A DNA stretch of 64,000 nt, taken from positions 330,144 through 394,143 of the forward strand of contig CAWIIQ010000002.1 in assembly GCA_963836185.1 (NCBI GenBank). Direction: 5' to 3'. This stretch comes from Candidatus Krumholzibacteriia bacterium (GTDB lineage: Bacteria; Krumholzibacteriota; Krumholzibacteriia; Krumholzibacteriales; Krumholzibacteriaceae). Each line of letters starts with the position of its first letter. Positions within the stretch are counted from its first letter, which is position 1. Of the stretch, positions 20,312-31,000 are shown in pieces. The notes beneath the pieces are model-generated. The model did no database searches. It was given only the letters and a program-made list of their open reading frames with translations, and was not told the DNA's origin. The position numbers and the translations under genes are program-made.

Positions 20312-21171
20312 CGGATCTGCTTCAGGTGTCGGCACTCATCATCCTCGCCGTCGCCGCTCTCTACGCCTTCTGGCATCACCGGTGGGGGTATCCCGGCCGC
20401 GAGATCCCCGGGGTGCTCACATATCACAAGGTGATCGATTTCGAGCTCGGGGGGACCTGGATCAGCCCCCGCAGGTTCGAGGGGCATATCAGATCGCTTA
20501 TCGATTCCGGATACAGCTTTATCGATGAGACGGCGTTCCTCGAGACTGTCGAAGAAACGAGGCAGGCCGCGGAGAAGGAGATCCTCCTTACATTCGATGA
20601 CGGTTACGACTGCGTAGCGCGCAGCGCTGCCCCGGTACTCGAGAGCCTGGGCGTTCCGGCGCTCGTCTTTCTCGTCTCCGGATTCGCTGGCAGGGAGAAC
20701 AGCTGGGAACTCGACCTGCCCGGGAGAAAAGCGCGGCACATGGACTGGGAGACGGTGAACACTCTTCTCTCGGGGAACTTTTCTTTCGGTTCGCACTGCG
20801 AGAACCATCTGCCGCTGACCCGCCTTCCGCGTGGGGAGGCGCTGCGTGAGATGGCGAGATCGAAGGAAGAGATCGAGAGGCGCACCGGCACCCGGGTCCA
20901 GAGCCTCTCCTATCCGTTCGGAAGGACGGACCGGGATATCGCCCTGCTCGCGGCGGAAGCGGGCTACAGGGCCGCTTTCACCCTCTATCCATCAGGAAGC
21001 GCGGCGGAGACCGACCCTTTCCGCCTCAGGCGCGACGGGGTCTGGGTGATCGACACGCCAGTGACTGTAAAGATCAAGCTTTCACGCGCAGGGCTCTTCT
21101 GGCTCGAGGATATCAAGGGGCGGATGATAAACGCCGTCGCCGACCTGACTCCGCTTCTCAAGAAAAGATAA
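20308..21171 (+). CDS. Polysaccharide deacetylase (CE4/NodB family), N-terminal membrane anchor
   Basis: VLTYHKV, TFDDGY, GSH..NH..L, SYPFG motifs. Confidence 0.88.
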   Translation: MTDLLQVSALIILAVAALYAFWHHRWGYPGREIPGVLTYHKVIDFELGGTWISPRRFEGHIRSLIDSGYSFIDETAFLETVEETRQAAEKEILLTFDDGYDCVARSAAPVLESLGVPALVFLVSGFAGRENSWELDLPGRKARHMDWETVNTLLSGNFSFGSHCENHLPLTRLPRGEALREMARSKEEIERRTGTRVQSLSYPFGRTDRDIALLAAEAGYRAAFTLYPSGSAAETDPFRLRRDGVWVIDTPVTVKIKLSRAGLFWLEDIKGRMINAVADLTPLLKKR

Positions 21172-21183
21172 GATCGATGTGGA

Positions 21184-22326
21184 TCATTCGCGGGCCAGAG
21201 CATAATCGCGTCCGCTGTCGCCCATCCTGTACACGATGCCTGACTGGTGGACCTGCGATATCGTGTCGCGGGTGACGAACTTCCTGACGACGAGTATCTC
21301 GAGCGTAAAGGGATAGGTGCCCTTGACGGCGAAGTATTCCTCGAGGCCTTCGCTTACCGTTGCCTCGAGCCGCCGCAGCTGGAATTCCGGGAGATCGGCC
21401 GACAGCATCCCTTCGCCGGATGAAGCCGCCGCCCTGGAATCGCTCGAGAAGGCCTCGGCGGTCCATCCCGGCGGCAGGATCGCGGGCACGACATATTCAC
21501 CGGCAAAGAAGCATGCGATAAGCATGAAGACTACAGCGAGGGTCGGAGCGAATTTCTTTCCGCTCTTTGCTTTCTCTTCGAGGACCTCTTCCTCGATCTG
21601 CTCGGCTACCGGGCTCGTGTCCTTCGTGATCTCGAGCAGCTCTTTCTCGAGCAGGAGCTTGAGGGCCTCATAGGTGCTGAACCTCGCCATACGGGAGTGC
21701 GCCATCAGCTCGGATATGCTCGTCTCTTCGGACAGCATGTTGTAGAGGACCTCTTCGTTCTTCTCCAGCTTGGCGCTGCTGCCCGTCGGCGCGGGAAGCC
21801 GGCGAACGACTATCTCATCCGAAGGGAATATCCTCTGCATCTCGGGGAGCTCATCGATGCGTCTCATGCTCTCCATCAGGAGCCCCTCGACCTTGATGGC
21901 CGAGAAGGTCCGGACGCCGACGAGGACTCCGCTGCCGCTGACGAACTTGTAGTAACTCTTCGGCCAGGAGAGGACCTCCTGGACCGTCTCGTATATCTGC
22001 TCGTTGAATATCGTGCTCAGCTCGTCGTCCGAGAAGTACTTCTCCTGAAGCAGGATGTCGGTCAGGTCCATGCCGGACCTCGCCTGGATCTGCTGCAGGT
22101 TGTTCATCTCGTCGCGGCCGATAAAGCCGTACCTGAGAAGGTATTCCTTGAGGGGATCGCGCGATCTGGCCCTGCGGTCCCTCGTCGAGACGATAAGGCC
22201 GTCCTGGAAGAATATTGCCATATTCTCGTCACCCGAGACCGAGAGCATCCCGGATTTCTTCTGGATCGAGATGAGCTGGAATATCTCACTCAGCCCGAAA
22301 TCCTTGGCGTTGCCTTCCAGTGCCAT
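21184..22326 (-). CDS. DUF4388-domain membrane protein
   Basis: MALEGN.KDFGL.EIFQLI..QKKSG.L start and LLMESMRRIDE are DUF4388 signatures. One TM helix. C-terminal GspG-like helix LEEYFAVKGTYPFTL. Confidence 0.85.
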   Translation of the reverse strand: MALEGNAKDFGLSEIFQLISIQKKSGMLSVSGDENMAIFFQDGLIVSTRDRRARSRDPLKEYLLRYGFIGRDEMNNLQQIQARSGMDLTDILLQEKYFSDDELSTIFNEQIYETVQEVLSWPKSYYKFVSGSGVLVGVRTFSAIKVEGLLMESMRRIDELPEMQRIFPSDEIVVRRLPAPTGSSAKLEKNEEVLYNMLSEETSISELMAHSRMARFSTYEALKLLLEKELLEITKDTSPVAEQIEEEVLEEKAKSGKKFAPTLAVVFMLIACFFAGEYVVPAILPPGWTAEAFSSDSRAAASSGEGMLSADLPEFQLRRLEATVSEGLEEYFAVKGTYPFTLEILVVRKFVTRDTISQVHQSGIVYRMGDSGRDYALARE

Positions 22327-22338
22327 CGATCTTCCTTC

Positions 22339-24355
22339 CTACAGCGTTTCGAGGTAATCCTTGAACGCTTCCTGGGCCTTGTTGTCCTGCTCGGTGAAAC
22401 GCCTGCGCTCGGGTGACTGCATCGCGCCGTCCTGCGTTCCGGCTGGCCGGCTCATCCCCCAGATCGAGGCTCTGCCTCGCCGCGGGTCTCTTCTCTTCGG
22501 GTTTCTCCACCCGGTAGTCCTGGGGCAGTATACGGTAGTTTATCTGTTCGTGGGGTTTTCTCGACCTGAACGTCGCGAGCCAGCAGAGGGCGATGACCGC
22601 CGCAGTGGCAGCCTGCTGCATCAGCGGAGCGGCAGAGCCGGCGCTGCGCGGGTCATGGAGATAGAATCCGTTCCAGATAAGCATGAAGACGGCGCCTGCC
22701 GCTGCCGACATGATGAACATGCCCTTCCAGGCTGATCCGAGGATTATCTTCGATGATCCGGGAACGACGCCCATTCTCCACCATTTGCCGCGATTGCCTC
22801 TCGACCTGACCTTCTGTCTCCTGTGCCGGAGCAGGGCCTCCATGACCTTCACGCTCGACAACCCTCCGATAGCAGTGGCGCAGTTGTGGCAGAGCATGAT
22901 TCCTGTATCCGTATCGCAGCAGTCGGGACATGTCGTCAGGTTGCAGTTGGCGCAGAACGATACCTTCCATGACCGGGGTACGATCCTCGCCAGGATCATT
23001 CCAGCCGCTACCGCGATGACGAGCAGTATCCAGATGTACCTGAGCGGGAAGAGCAGGTAGGGACGGAAAACACCGTCGAGTATCCTTGATCTTCCAGAGC
23101 CGCCCTCCCTGTATGCGATCCTCCACAGCTCGGCGGCGGGGAATCCGCAGTCATATATGTCGAGCTCGAGCAGGGTAGTGGCGGGATTCGCCTCGTTATA
23201 TGCCTCTATGCCAAATTCGCGAGCCCTCTCGAGGGCATCGCTCGATTCCGCGAAAAGCATCTTGTTGATGTAAGTCTGTCCGATGTTGAACCAGGCGAGT
23301 GCGTTCGTCGAGTCGATCGAGACGACGCTCTGGTAGCCTGCCAGCGCCCGGTTGAAATCGCCCTGCCTGAAGTAGACATTTCCGAGATTAAGGTACGCCG
23401 GCTCGAAATCTCCGCGCTTAGAGACGCTCGCGAGCAGGTGGTCGCGGGCCTCTTCGTACAGCCCCATCCTCGACTGCATCGTGCCGAGAGCGAAATCTTT
23501 CTCTGCCGAGAACCTTTTATCATCGATCGATCTTATCGACCTGATGAGCCTCGAGTCGGCCCCGGTCTCGTTGATCATGGCGAGTCGCCGTGTGACGCTT
23601 CCCTCGTCGACCGCCGCCGTGAGCGATTCGAGCCTGGGGGTAAGGACCGATATGGCGCAGATGAAAATTGTCAAAGTCAGAAGGGCGGCCTTCTCCCTGC
23701 GGCCTATGACCGGCCAGAGGACAGCCATCATCAGTGCGGAGTAAAGGGCGATACCGCCTCGCGCTATGAGCAGGCCGAGTATCGCGAGAGGGCCGATGAA
23801 CCTTGCCGGCGGGAAAGCGAACCTGCCGCCGTACATCTCTCTTATCTTGTGGTCGTACTCGGGCCAGTGCCTGACGAGCAGGAATATCAGCGCGAGAAAG
23901 AGGACGGCGAAGGATACTGATGTCGACAGTATCACAACGTTCGCGGCAAGCAGGGCCTGTCCGTAGAAACCCCTGACCTTGCGCTTGTATCCTTCTAAAA
24001 GGTGGACCACGAAATCGGTGTTTCCCTTGCGGAGGTCTATGCGCGCCAGGGCGAACATCGGATCGGGATAGTCGCCCGACATCCTCGCGGCCAGCATGAG
24101 TTTGCGTCGGGCCGTATCGCTGTCGCCCGCCTTGAGGGTCTCCATCGCGTCGCGGTAGACCGCTCTTGCCGGGACCTGGAGCGACCACGCCCCGTGCTGG
24201 AGCTCAGCGGTCGTGTATGACTTGAGTATCTCGTTGTCTATCTCATCCAACGGGTTGGCCGTCAACGGTTTGCAGAATGCAACCATGAGAATGAGAGCGA
24301 TGATCGCGCTTGTTCGATGTGCCTTCGTAAGTCTTTGCGGCGTATAGATATTCAC
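22339..24355 (-). CDS. Multi-TM tetratricopeptide-repeat protein with Cys-rich Zn-finger-like motif (frameshift near 22430)
   Basis: TPR repeats (AYLNLGNVYFRQGDFNRA), several TM segments, CANC..TCPDC...LCHNC. The corrected C-terminus ...QEAFKDYLETL ends at TAG 22339-22341. Confidence 0.75.
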
Positions 24356-24536
24356 TGGTCCCTGTCATCCCGTTCGTATATATTGAAATCGTTTTTATTT
24401 CCGTCGGTTGCTTATCGGCAATTATCGTGCCGTATCGCGGCGTTTGACTTCTGGCGAGCCGCGGTGTTTATTTGTTTGTTTACAGGGGTCCCCCCCGGTG
24501 ATATAAAAAACAGGGTCGTTTTTAAGGGAGATATAG

Positions 24537-25832
24537 ATGAAGCCGGCAGAGATATCAGGAATCGGCGAGTTCACCGGCCAGGAAGTGACGCTCAAGGGCT
24601 GGGTATACAACATGCGCTCAAGCGGCAAGCTCCTCTTCCTCCAGATGCGCGACGGCACGGGTATTATCCAGTGCGTCATAGAGAAGGCCGTAGTCGGAGA
24701 TGAAGAATTCGAGCATGCTTCGTCCCTGACCCAGGAATCCTCGCTCGAGGTTACCGGGAATGTGAGGGAGGACGCGCGCGCACCCGGCGGGTACGAGATG
24801 AGTGTCGCCCGGTTCAAAATAATCCAGATCGCCGAGCCGTACCCGATAACTCCAAAGGACCACGGCAACACATTCCTTATGGACAACCGCCATCTCTGGC
24901 TGCGCAGCCGCAGGCAGAACGCCATCCTGAAGATAAGGGCCGGGCTTATCCGTTTTATCAGGGAGTTCTACGACAACAGGGGATTCATCCTCTGCGATAC
25001 GCCGATATTTACTCCGAACGCGTGCGAGGGTACGACCACTCTCTTCGAGACCGAGTACTTCGGCGACAAGGCGTACCTGACACAGAGCGGGCAGCTCTAC
25101 AACGAGGCGACAGCGGCGGCCTTCCGCAAGGTCTACACCTTCGGCCCGACTTTCCGGGCGGAGAAGTCGAAGACGAGGCGGCACCTGATCGAGTTCTGGA
25201 TGGTGGAGCCCGAGGTCGCGTTCGCCGACCTCGACGACATCATGCAGCTCGGTGAGGATTTCATCGTGGAGATCGTCGGCCGTTCGGTCGAGACATACAG
25301 GGATCTGCTCGAGGGAGAGCTCGAACGCGACATCTCCCAGCTAGAGAAGGTGCAGGGCCCCTTCCCTCGGATCTCCTACACTGAGGCGGCGCGTATACTC
25401 AGGGATAAAGGTGTCGATTTCAACGAGGGGGGAGACTTCGGCGGCACTGACGAGACCATCCTTGCCGGTGAGTTCGACAGGCCGGTATTCGTCCACCGTT
25501 TTCCCTCGGCGATCAAGGCTTTCTACATGGAGCCCGATCCTGACGATGAGACATACAGCCTCTCGGTCGACCTTCTCGCCCCCGAAGGGTACGGAGAGAT
25601 CATCGGCGGCGGACAGCGGGCCTCAGACCTCGGCCTGCTTCAGAAGAGGATCGAGGAGCACGGCCTTCCGGAAAAGGCGTTCGAATGGTACCTCGACCTT
25701 AGAAGGTACGGCACATTCCCCCATGCGGGCTTCGGCCTCGGGGTGGAGAGGACGCTCGCCTGGATATGCGGGATCCAGCACGTAAGGGAGACCATCCCCT
25801 TCCCGAGACTCCTCAACCGGCTCTCTCCATAA
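24537..25832 (+). CDS. asnS: Asparaginyl-tRNA synthetase
   Basis: OB fold, [37 protein letters not shown] motifs. Confidence 0.96.
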   Translation: MKPAEISGIGEFTGQEVTLKGWVYNMRSSGKLLFLQMRDGTGIIQCVIEKAVVGDEEFEHASSLTQESSLEVTGNVREDARAPGGYEMSVARFKIIQIAEPYPITPKDHGNTFLMDNRHLWLRSRRQNAILKIRAGLIRFIREFYDNRGFILCDTPIFTPNACEGTTTLFETEYFGDKAYLTQSGQLYNEATAAAFRKVYTFGPTFRAEKSKTRRHLIEFWMVEPEVAFADLDDIMQLGEDFIVEIVGRSVETYRDLLEGELERDISQLEKVQGPFPRISYTEAARILRDKGVDFNEGGDFGGTDETILAGEFDRPVFVHRFPSAIKAFYMEPDPDDETYSLSVDLLAPEGYGEIIGGGQRASDLGLLQKRIEEHGLPEKAFEWYLDLRRYGTFPHAGFGLGVERTLAWICGIQHVRETIPFPRLLNRLSP

Positions 25833-25946
25833 AAAAGCAATGCCGGATTACATCTTTTCTGCCTGCCTAACTTGTAACGATTACAGCAGTTACTCCATTA
25901 TTGATGTCTTTTGTCATGTATAGTTGACAGAAGGCCGATATTTATC

Positions 25947-25975
25947 TAGATATTTACCCCTATTTCTGATACAAT
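25947..25975 (+). promoter_or_regulatory. Putative extended -10 promoter of the secreted-protein cluster
   Basis: TAGATA -N17- TACAAT with TG immediately upstream (TGaTACAAT), in an AT-rich intergenic region. An extra TTGACA lies at 25924. Confidence 0.45.
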
Positions 25976-26084
25976 CCTGCCACATCCCCCTCTAAGACGA
26001 CGTGGTGCGGCTGTGACGGGCAGGGAGGATTGTTAGTTTACATCAGAATCGGGAACAGGTTGCTTCAACACCAGGAACGGAGGG

Positions 26085-26822
26085 ATGCAAGTGAAGCTTC
26101 TGCGATTGTTTTCCGTGATGATACTCGCCATCGTGACAGCGGTCTCACTGACCGGTGTCGCGTCTGCGCAGACTCATCCATGTGGTGATGGTGCGCTGCC
26201 GTACGAGGGCAGCTGGACAGCGCCGGGCGGGGGCCTGCTCGAGGGCAGGATCTCCGAGGCGTGGTGCTACTCACCATTCTATTCCGGAGTACCCGGCAAC
26301 ACTCTGAACGCGGAGTCTTGGGACGGGGCCGCTCTGGGCACTCAGTGGAAGATATGGGGAATGTCGATCGACGCCGCCGGCGGTGTCGAAGTCGATCGCG
26401 ATGTCAACGCATCGGGATTCGGCTGGATCGACTATGTGACGAACTACGAGGGAGGCAACTTCTGGCTCGAGGGGAACAATCCCTGGAGCGACGGGACTGA
26501 CCTCGATGGGTACGTCACGGTCTGCAACGTGAACGCGAGAGTGACTGTCGTGGGCAATATGCCCGTAGCAGTCACGTCGAACATCACCATAGTAGGCGTG
26601 TTCGACCTCTGTGAGCTGTGCTCGATCGAGATATCCGCAAACTCGACGAGAATGTGGAAGACCGGGGACGCCGCCGCGATGCCGGCGGGTTATCCGCCCT
26701 TCCTCTGCAGCGCTGACAGCGGCGAGCTGCACTATACGTGCTGCCTGACCGCTACGATAATGTGCTCCGTGACCGGCACCGAAGAGTCGACATGGGGCGC
26801 GATCAAGGATATGTACAGGTAG
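26085..26822 (+). CDS. Secreted Cys-rich protein of unknown function with C-terminal TEESTWGAIK motif (paralogue 1)
   Basis: Sec signal peptide ending VASA|Q. Shares long blocks with 26986-27702. GTG at 26091 may be the true start. Confidence 0.8.
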   Translation: MQVKLLRLFSVMILAIVTAVSLTGVASAQTHPCGDGALPYEGSWTAPGGGLLEGRISEAWCYSPFYSGVPGNTLNAESWDGAALGTQWKIWGMSIDAAGGVEVDRDVNASGFGWIDYVTNYEGGNFWLEGNNPWSDGTDLDGYVTVCNVNARVTVVGNMPVAVTSNITIVGVFDLCELCSIEISANSTRMWKTGDAAAMPAGYPPFLCSADSGELHYTCCLTATIMCSVTGTEESTWGAIKDMYR

Positions 26823-26985
26823 GTCCGCTGCCTGACATAAGCGAATCCTGAACTTGCGGGGGTGATACTACTCGCAGTGCTTTTCATCCGGCCCGCTGAC
26901 GGGAGGTGATCGCAAGGTAGATTCGCAAGACGGGTTTCCGATGGATAGAATGATCCGTCACTTTATCTGGAACCGGAGGGAAATT

Positions 26986-27702
26986 ATGAAGGTTTTGAAA
27001 ATGCTGCTCATCGTTGCGGGAATGATGCTTCTCGCGACGGCTGTCTCCGCGCAGTTCTGCAACTGCGATGTTCAGTACATTCCCAACCAGGGCTACTATT
27101 CCACTTACGCGGGAACACTCCTTCCCGGGCGTGTATCCGAGGGATTCTGCGGGACCCCCGTCAATGGAGGAGTCCCGGGCAACACACAGGATGCCATGTC
27201 GTGGGATGGCGCTACCCTGGGCGGGCAGTGGCACGTATGGGGCATGGCGATCGACGCTGCCGGCGCTGGTGAAACGGGCCGCAGTCTAGACGCGACAGGC
27301 ACGGGCTGGATCGACTACGTCACGAATTATGACGGGGGCAACTTCTGGCTCAACGGTGCGTACTTCGGCTCGTCGGGATTGGATTTCACCGGCACGATCT
27401 CGTACTACAATGTCAGTGCGAGGGTCAGCCTGCTGTACGGCCAGGTAACCGGTGTCACATCGAATGTGACCTTCAACGGTCAGTTCACCGAGTGCGAGTG
27501 CTGCTACATCGAATTCGCCATCGCCAACGCGATGAGGGTATGGCCGAACATCGAGGGCACGTCGATGCCGTCTTTCTACCCGGCGTTCTACTGCGGGCCG
27601 ACAGGCGAGCTCTTCGATGCCTGCTGCATCCTGATGAGTGTCTCCTGCCCGGTGGGCACGGAAGAGACGAGTTGGGGCGCGATCAAGGAGATGCACAAGT
27701 AG
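26986..27702 (+). CDS. Secreted Cys-rich protein of unknown function with C-terminal TEETSWGAIK motif (paralogue 2)
   Basis: SD GGAGG before ATG 26986. Signal peptide ending AVSA|Q. Shared GR.SE..C, GVPGNT, SWDGA.LG.QW, GWIDYVTNY.GGNFWL blocks. Confidence 0.8.
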   Translation: MKVLKMLLIVAGMMLLATAVSAQFCNCDVQYIPNQGYYSTYAGTLLPGRVSEGFCGTPVNGGVPGNTQDAMSWDGATLGGQWHVWGMAIDAAGAGETGRSLDATGTGWIDYVTNYDGGNFWLNGAYFGSSGLDFTGTISYYNVSARVSLLYGQVTGVTSNVTFNGQFTECECCYIEFAIANAMRVWPNIEGTSMPSFYPAFYCGPTGELFDACCILMSVSCPVGTEETSWGAIKEMHK

Positions 27703-27730
27703 GCCTGCATGGAGACTGTGATTTTTCGGA

Positions 27731-27761
27731 TGTGACGGCCGGGCAAGGGTCGGCCGTCACA
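27731..27761 (+). terminator. Strong GC stem-loop downstream of paralogue 2
   Basis: Perfect 11-bp stem TGTGACGGCCG/CGGCCGTCACA. No U-tract, so it may be a stabiliser rather than a terminator. Confidence 0.45.
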
Positions 27762-28017
27762 CCCGGTTCGAGCATCGTCGGAGGGGCAACCAGGGGATTC
27801 AGCGATCACATTACAGGAGTGTGGCTTCTTGTCCGGCTGACGCCGGATCAGGAGGGGGAGAGGCATTCTTGTCTCGATTTTACACAGGGACTATCCCGAA
27901 AACATACATGACAACCGCGAGGGGAGGTATGCGATGACCGGATTGTCACCGTAACCTCGACCGCAGGGGTACGGGTTTAACTGATAGTTGCTTCTCAACT
28001 GTTTAGGAGGGGGTACC

Positions 28018-31000
28018 ATGAAAAGACTCGCGTTAGTGTCCGCACTCTGTCTTCTCGTCTGCTTTTCGCTGACGGCAGGATCGAAGGCGGCTACTCTGAA
28101 CGTCCCCGGTGACTACGCAACGGTCCAGGCGGCGATAGACGCGGCGGTAGCTGGTGACGAGATCGTCATAGCTGCCGGGACCTGGACTGAGAACATCACA
28201 ATAAACAAGACTCTCACACTGAAAGGTGCACAGGCCGGTATCGACGCTAGAGGCAGGACAGGTTCCGAGACGATCCTGACCTGCGCCTCCGGGCACCTCG
28301 TGACAGTCGCCGCGGTCGACGTGGTCCTCGATGGACTCACGATGACCGGTACCGCAGCGGCCGGACGTCTCGGCAACTGCGACAGCCACGGCTCAGGATT
28401 CGAGATGCGCAACTGCGTCATGGACGGAGTCGCGCAGAGAGGTTTCTGGTTCAACGTCACATCACCGGACATCGTGCTGGAGTACAATGTCTTCGATGCG
28501 GCCCTCTGGACCGATTCTTACTCTGTAGCGCACTTCGACGGCTCCGACGTATTCAACGATCTGTACATCGGAAACAACGAGTTCACCGGTGGTTCGATCT
28601 TCGCCGGGAACGTTACATTCAATTCATCTGGATTCCAGTTAGTCGACAACCTGTTCGATGGCTGCTCCATGAATCTCGCATCAGCGTTCGAGAACGCGAC
28701 TGTTTCGGGGAACATCTTCCGAAACAACGGCTACACGAACATGCAGGCGGCATTCAAGAACAGCACGATCTCCTACAACCAGTTCGAGGCAACGGGGCCT
28801 TCGCCCTACGCGGGCTACCCGTCCGCCTGCCTGCAGTTGTACGGGACAGATTACGGATTGGCCTCAACTAATGTGACTATCGAAGGAAACACATTCGAGT
28901 TCAACGGTTCTGCCGCGCCGGCCGATCCGGCCAACGGCATACGCTTCCGTGCGGGACTCGATGCCTCGACGATCACGGTCCGCGACAACGCCTTCATCGA
29001 CGGCGGAGCCCAGGCTACCGCCCTTGCGGTGAGGCACCAGGGGACCGGCGACGCTGACGCCTCCGGCAACTGGTGGGGATCGAATGATCCTGCTGGCGTG
29101 AACGCGCTTGCCAACGGCGGAACGCTCGTCGATTACACCCCGTGGCTCGATACTGGTACGGACAACCGTCCCGGGATCGGCTTCGAGGGCGATTTCTCCG
29201 CTCTGCACGTCGATGACGACAGCCCCCAGACGGGCATCGTCGGGATCGCGCAGGAGGGTATCGACCTCGTCGACGGCAGCACCGTCTATATCCATGACGG
29301 CACCTACGAGGAGCAGCTTGATATCGGCAAGGATCTCGTCCTCCAGGGAGACGGCCTGGGTACGGAGATCCTCTCACCCGATCTTCTGGCGCTCTCATGG
29401 GCCACGAGCAAGGATTATCGTGCGATCATATATATCCATGATGCTGATGCCGAGATCCGCGACATAACACTGAACGGAGCCGGCAAGGGGAACGCGAATA
29501 CAGGGTTCCTCGGTGTCGGGTTCAGGAACGCGGGCGGCGGCATCTATGACTGCGATATCCTCGACATCCGAAACACGCCGTTCAGCGGCGCACAGTATGG
29601 TGTCGGTATCAGTTCCTGGAACGACGATCTGACCTCACGGTCGATCGATGTCCACGGCTGTACGCTCACCGGATTCCAGAAGAACGCTATGGCGCTCAAT
29701 GCCGACGTGACGACAGGCCTTGCGGTCGATGTCCGCGGTAACACGATCACCGGTGCGGGCGCGACTACAGTAACAGCGCAGAACGGTGTGCAGGTCTATG
29801 GTGACATCGCCACCGGTACCATAGCGGACAACGTCATAAGCGGGATCGCTTACGACAATACAGCCGATGTCACGAAGTGGGTAGCGACCAGCATCCTGAA
29901 TTACTATGCTGATGTCGATATCACCGGCAATACGATCACGGCTGCCCACATGGGTATCTACAATATCGACGGTGCAGGCCTGATCAGCGAAAACGACCTG
30001 ACGATCGAGAAGATCGGTGTATACGCTTTCGGTATCATCGGCAGCGATCCGCCGAAGGCTGTTCCCTCTCCGGCAGGGATGGATGACATGCCAGTCGGTT
30101 CTTCGAGGCCTTTCGACGGGGCGCCTCTCGCCCTGCTCGATGTCGACATACTCGACAATGTCGTGACATTCACCGGCCCTGACAATACGGCGACCTTCGG
30201 TATCGAAGTAGATGCCGGCTGGGGACCGAATGATCTCGATGCGACGATCAATGGAAACATCGTCACCGGTTTCGAGGTTGGTATCGAGGTATATACCTGC
30301 GAGAGCGGTTGCGCCGCCGGTATCTTCACCGCGGTCGATGCCAGATTCAACGGCCTGTTCAGCAATACACTGGCTGTCCGTTCGAATGTCGACACGATCA
30401 CAGTCGATGCCTCGGGCAACTGGCTCGGATCAAACGTCCCCGCGGCGCTCATCGCGGGTACACTCGATTACACTCCGTGGCTCGACGTCGGAACAGACAT
30501 GAGTACCGACATCGGGTTCCAGGGTGATTTCTCCGCCCTGCACGTCGATGACGACAGCCCGCAGACGGGCCTTGTCGGAATCGTGCAGGAGGGAATCGAT
30601 ATGGTCGACGGCAGCACCGTCTACATCCACGACGGTACATACGAGGAGCAGCTCGAGATCACAAGCGATCTCGTCCTTCAGGGAGACGGCGCGGGGACTG
30701 TGATCCTTTCGCCAGACGCCCTTCCGCTCTTCTTTACCACGGGTACACTCAACAACTACCCGGTCGTCTATATCCACGACACAGACGATGTGGAGATAAA
30801 CGATCTCACCGTCGACGGCGCGGGAAAGGGTAACGCGAACTACAGGTTCCTCGGGATCGGATACCGCAACGCAGGCGGAGGAGTCTACGACTGCTCGATC
30901 CTCGGGATCATGGACACCCCGTTCAGCGGCGCGCAGCACGGCGTAGCGATGTACTTGTACAACGATGACCTGACTACAAGGTCGATCGACGTACATGGGA

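Noticed and set aside
26059-27999. Shared GTTGCTTC(TC)AAC mini-hairpin upstream of the RBS of cluster genes 1 and 3
   Set aside because: Only two short copies, so it cannot be distinguished from chance.
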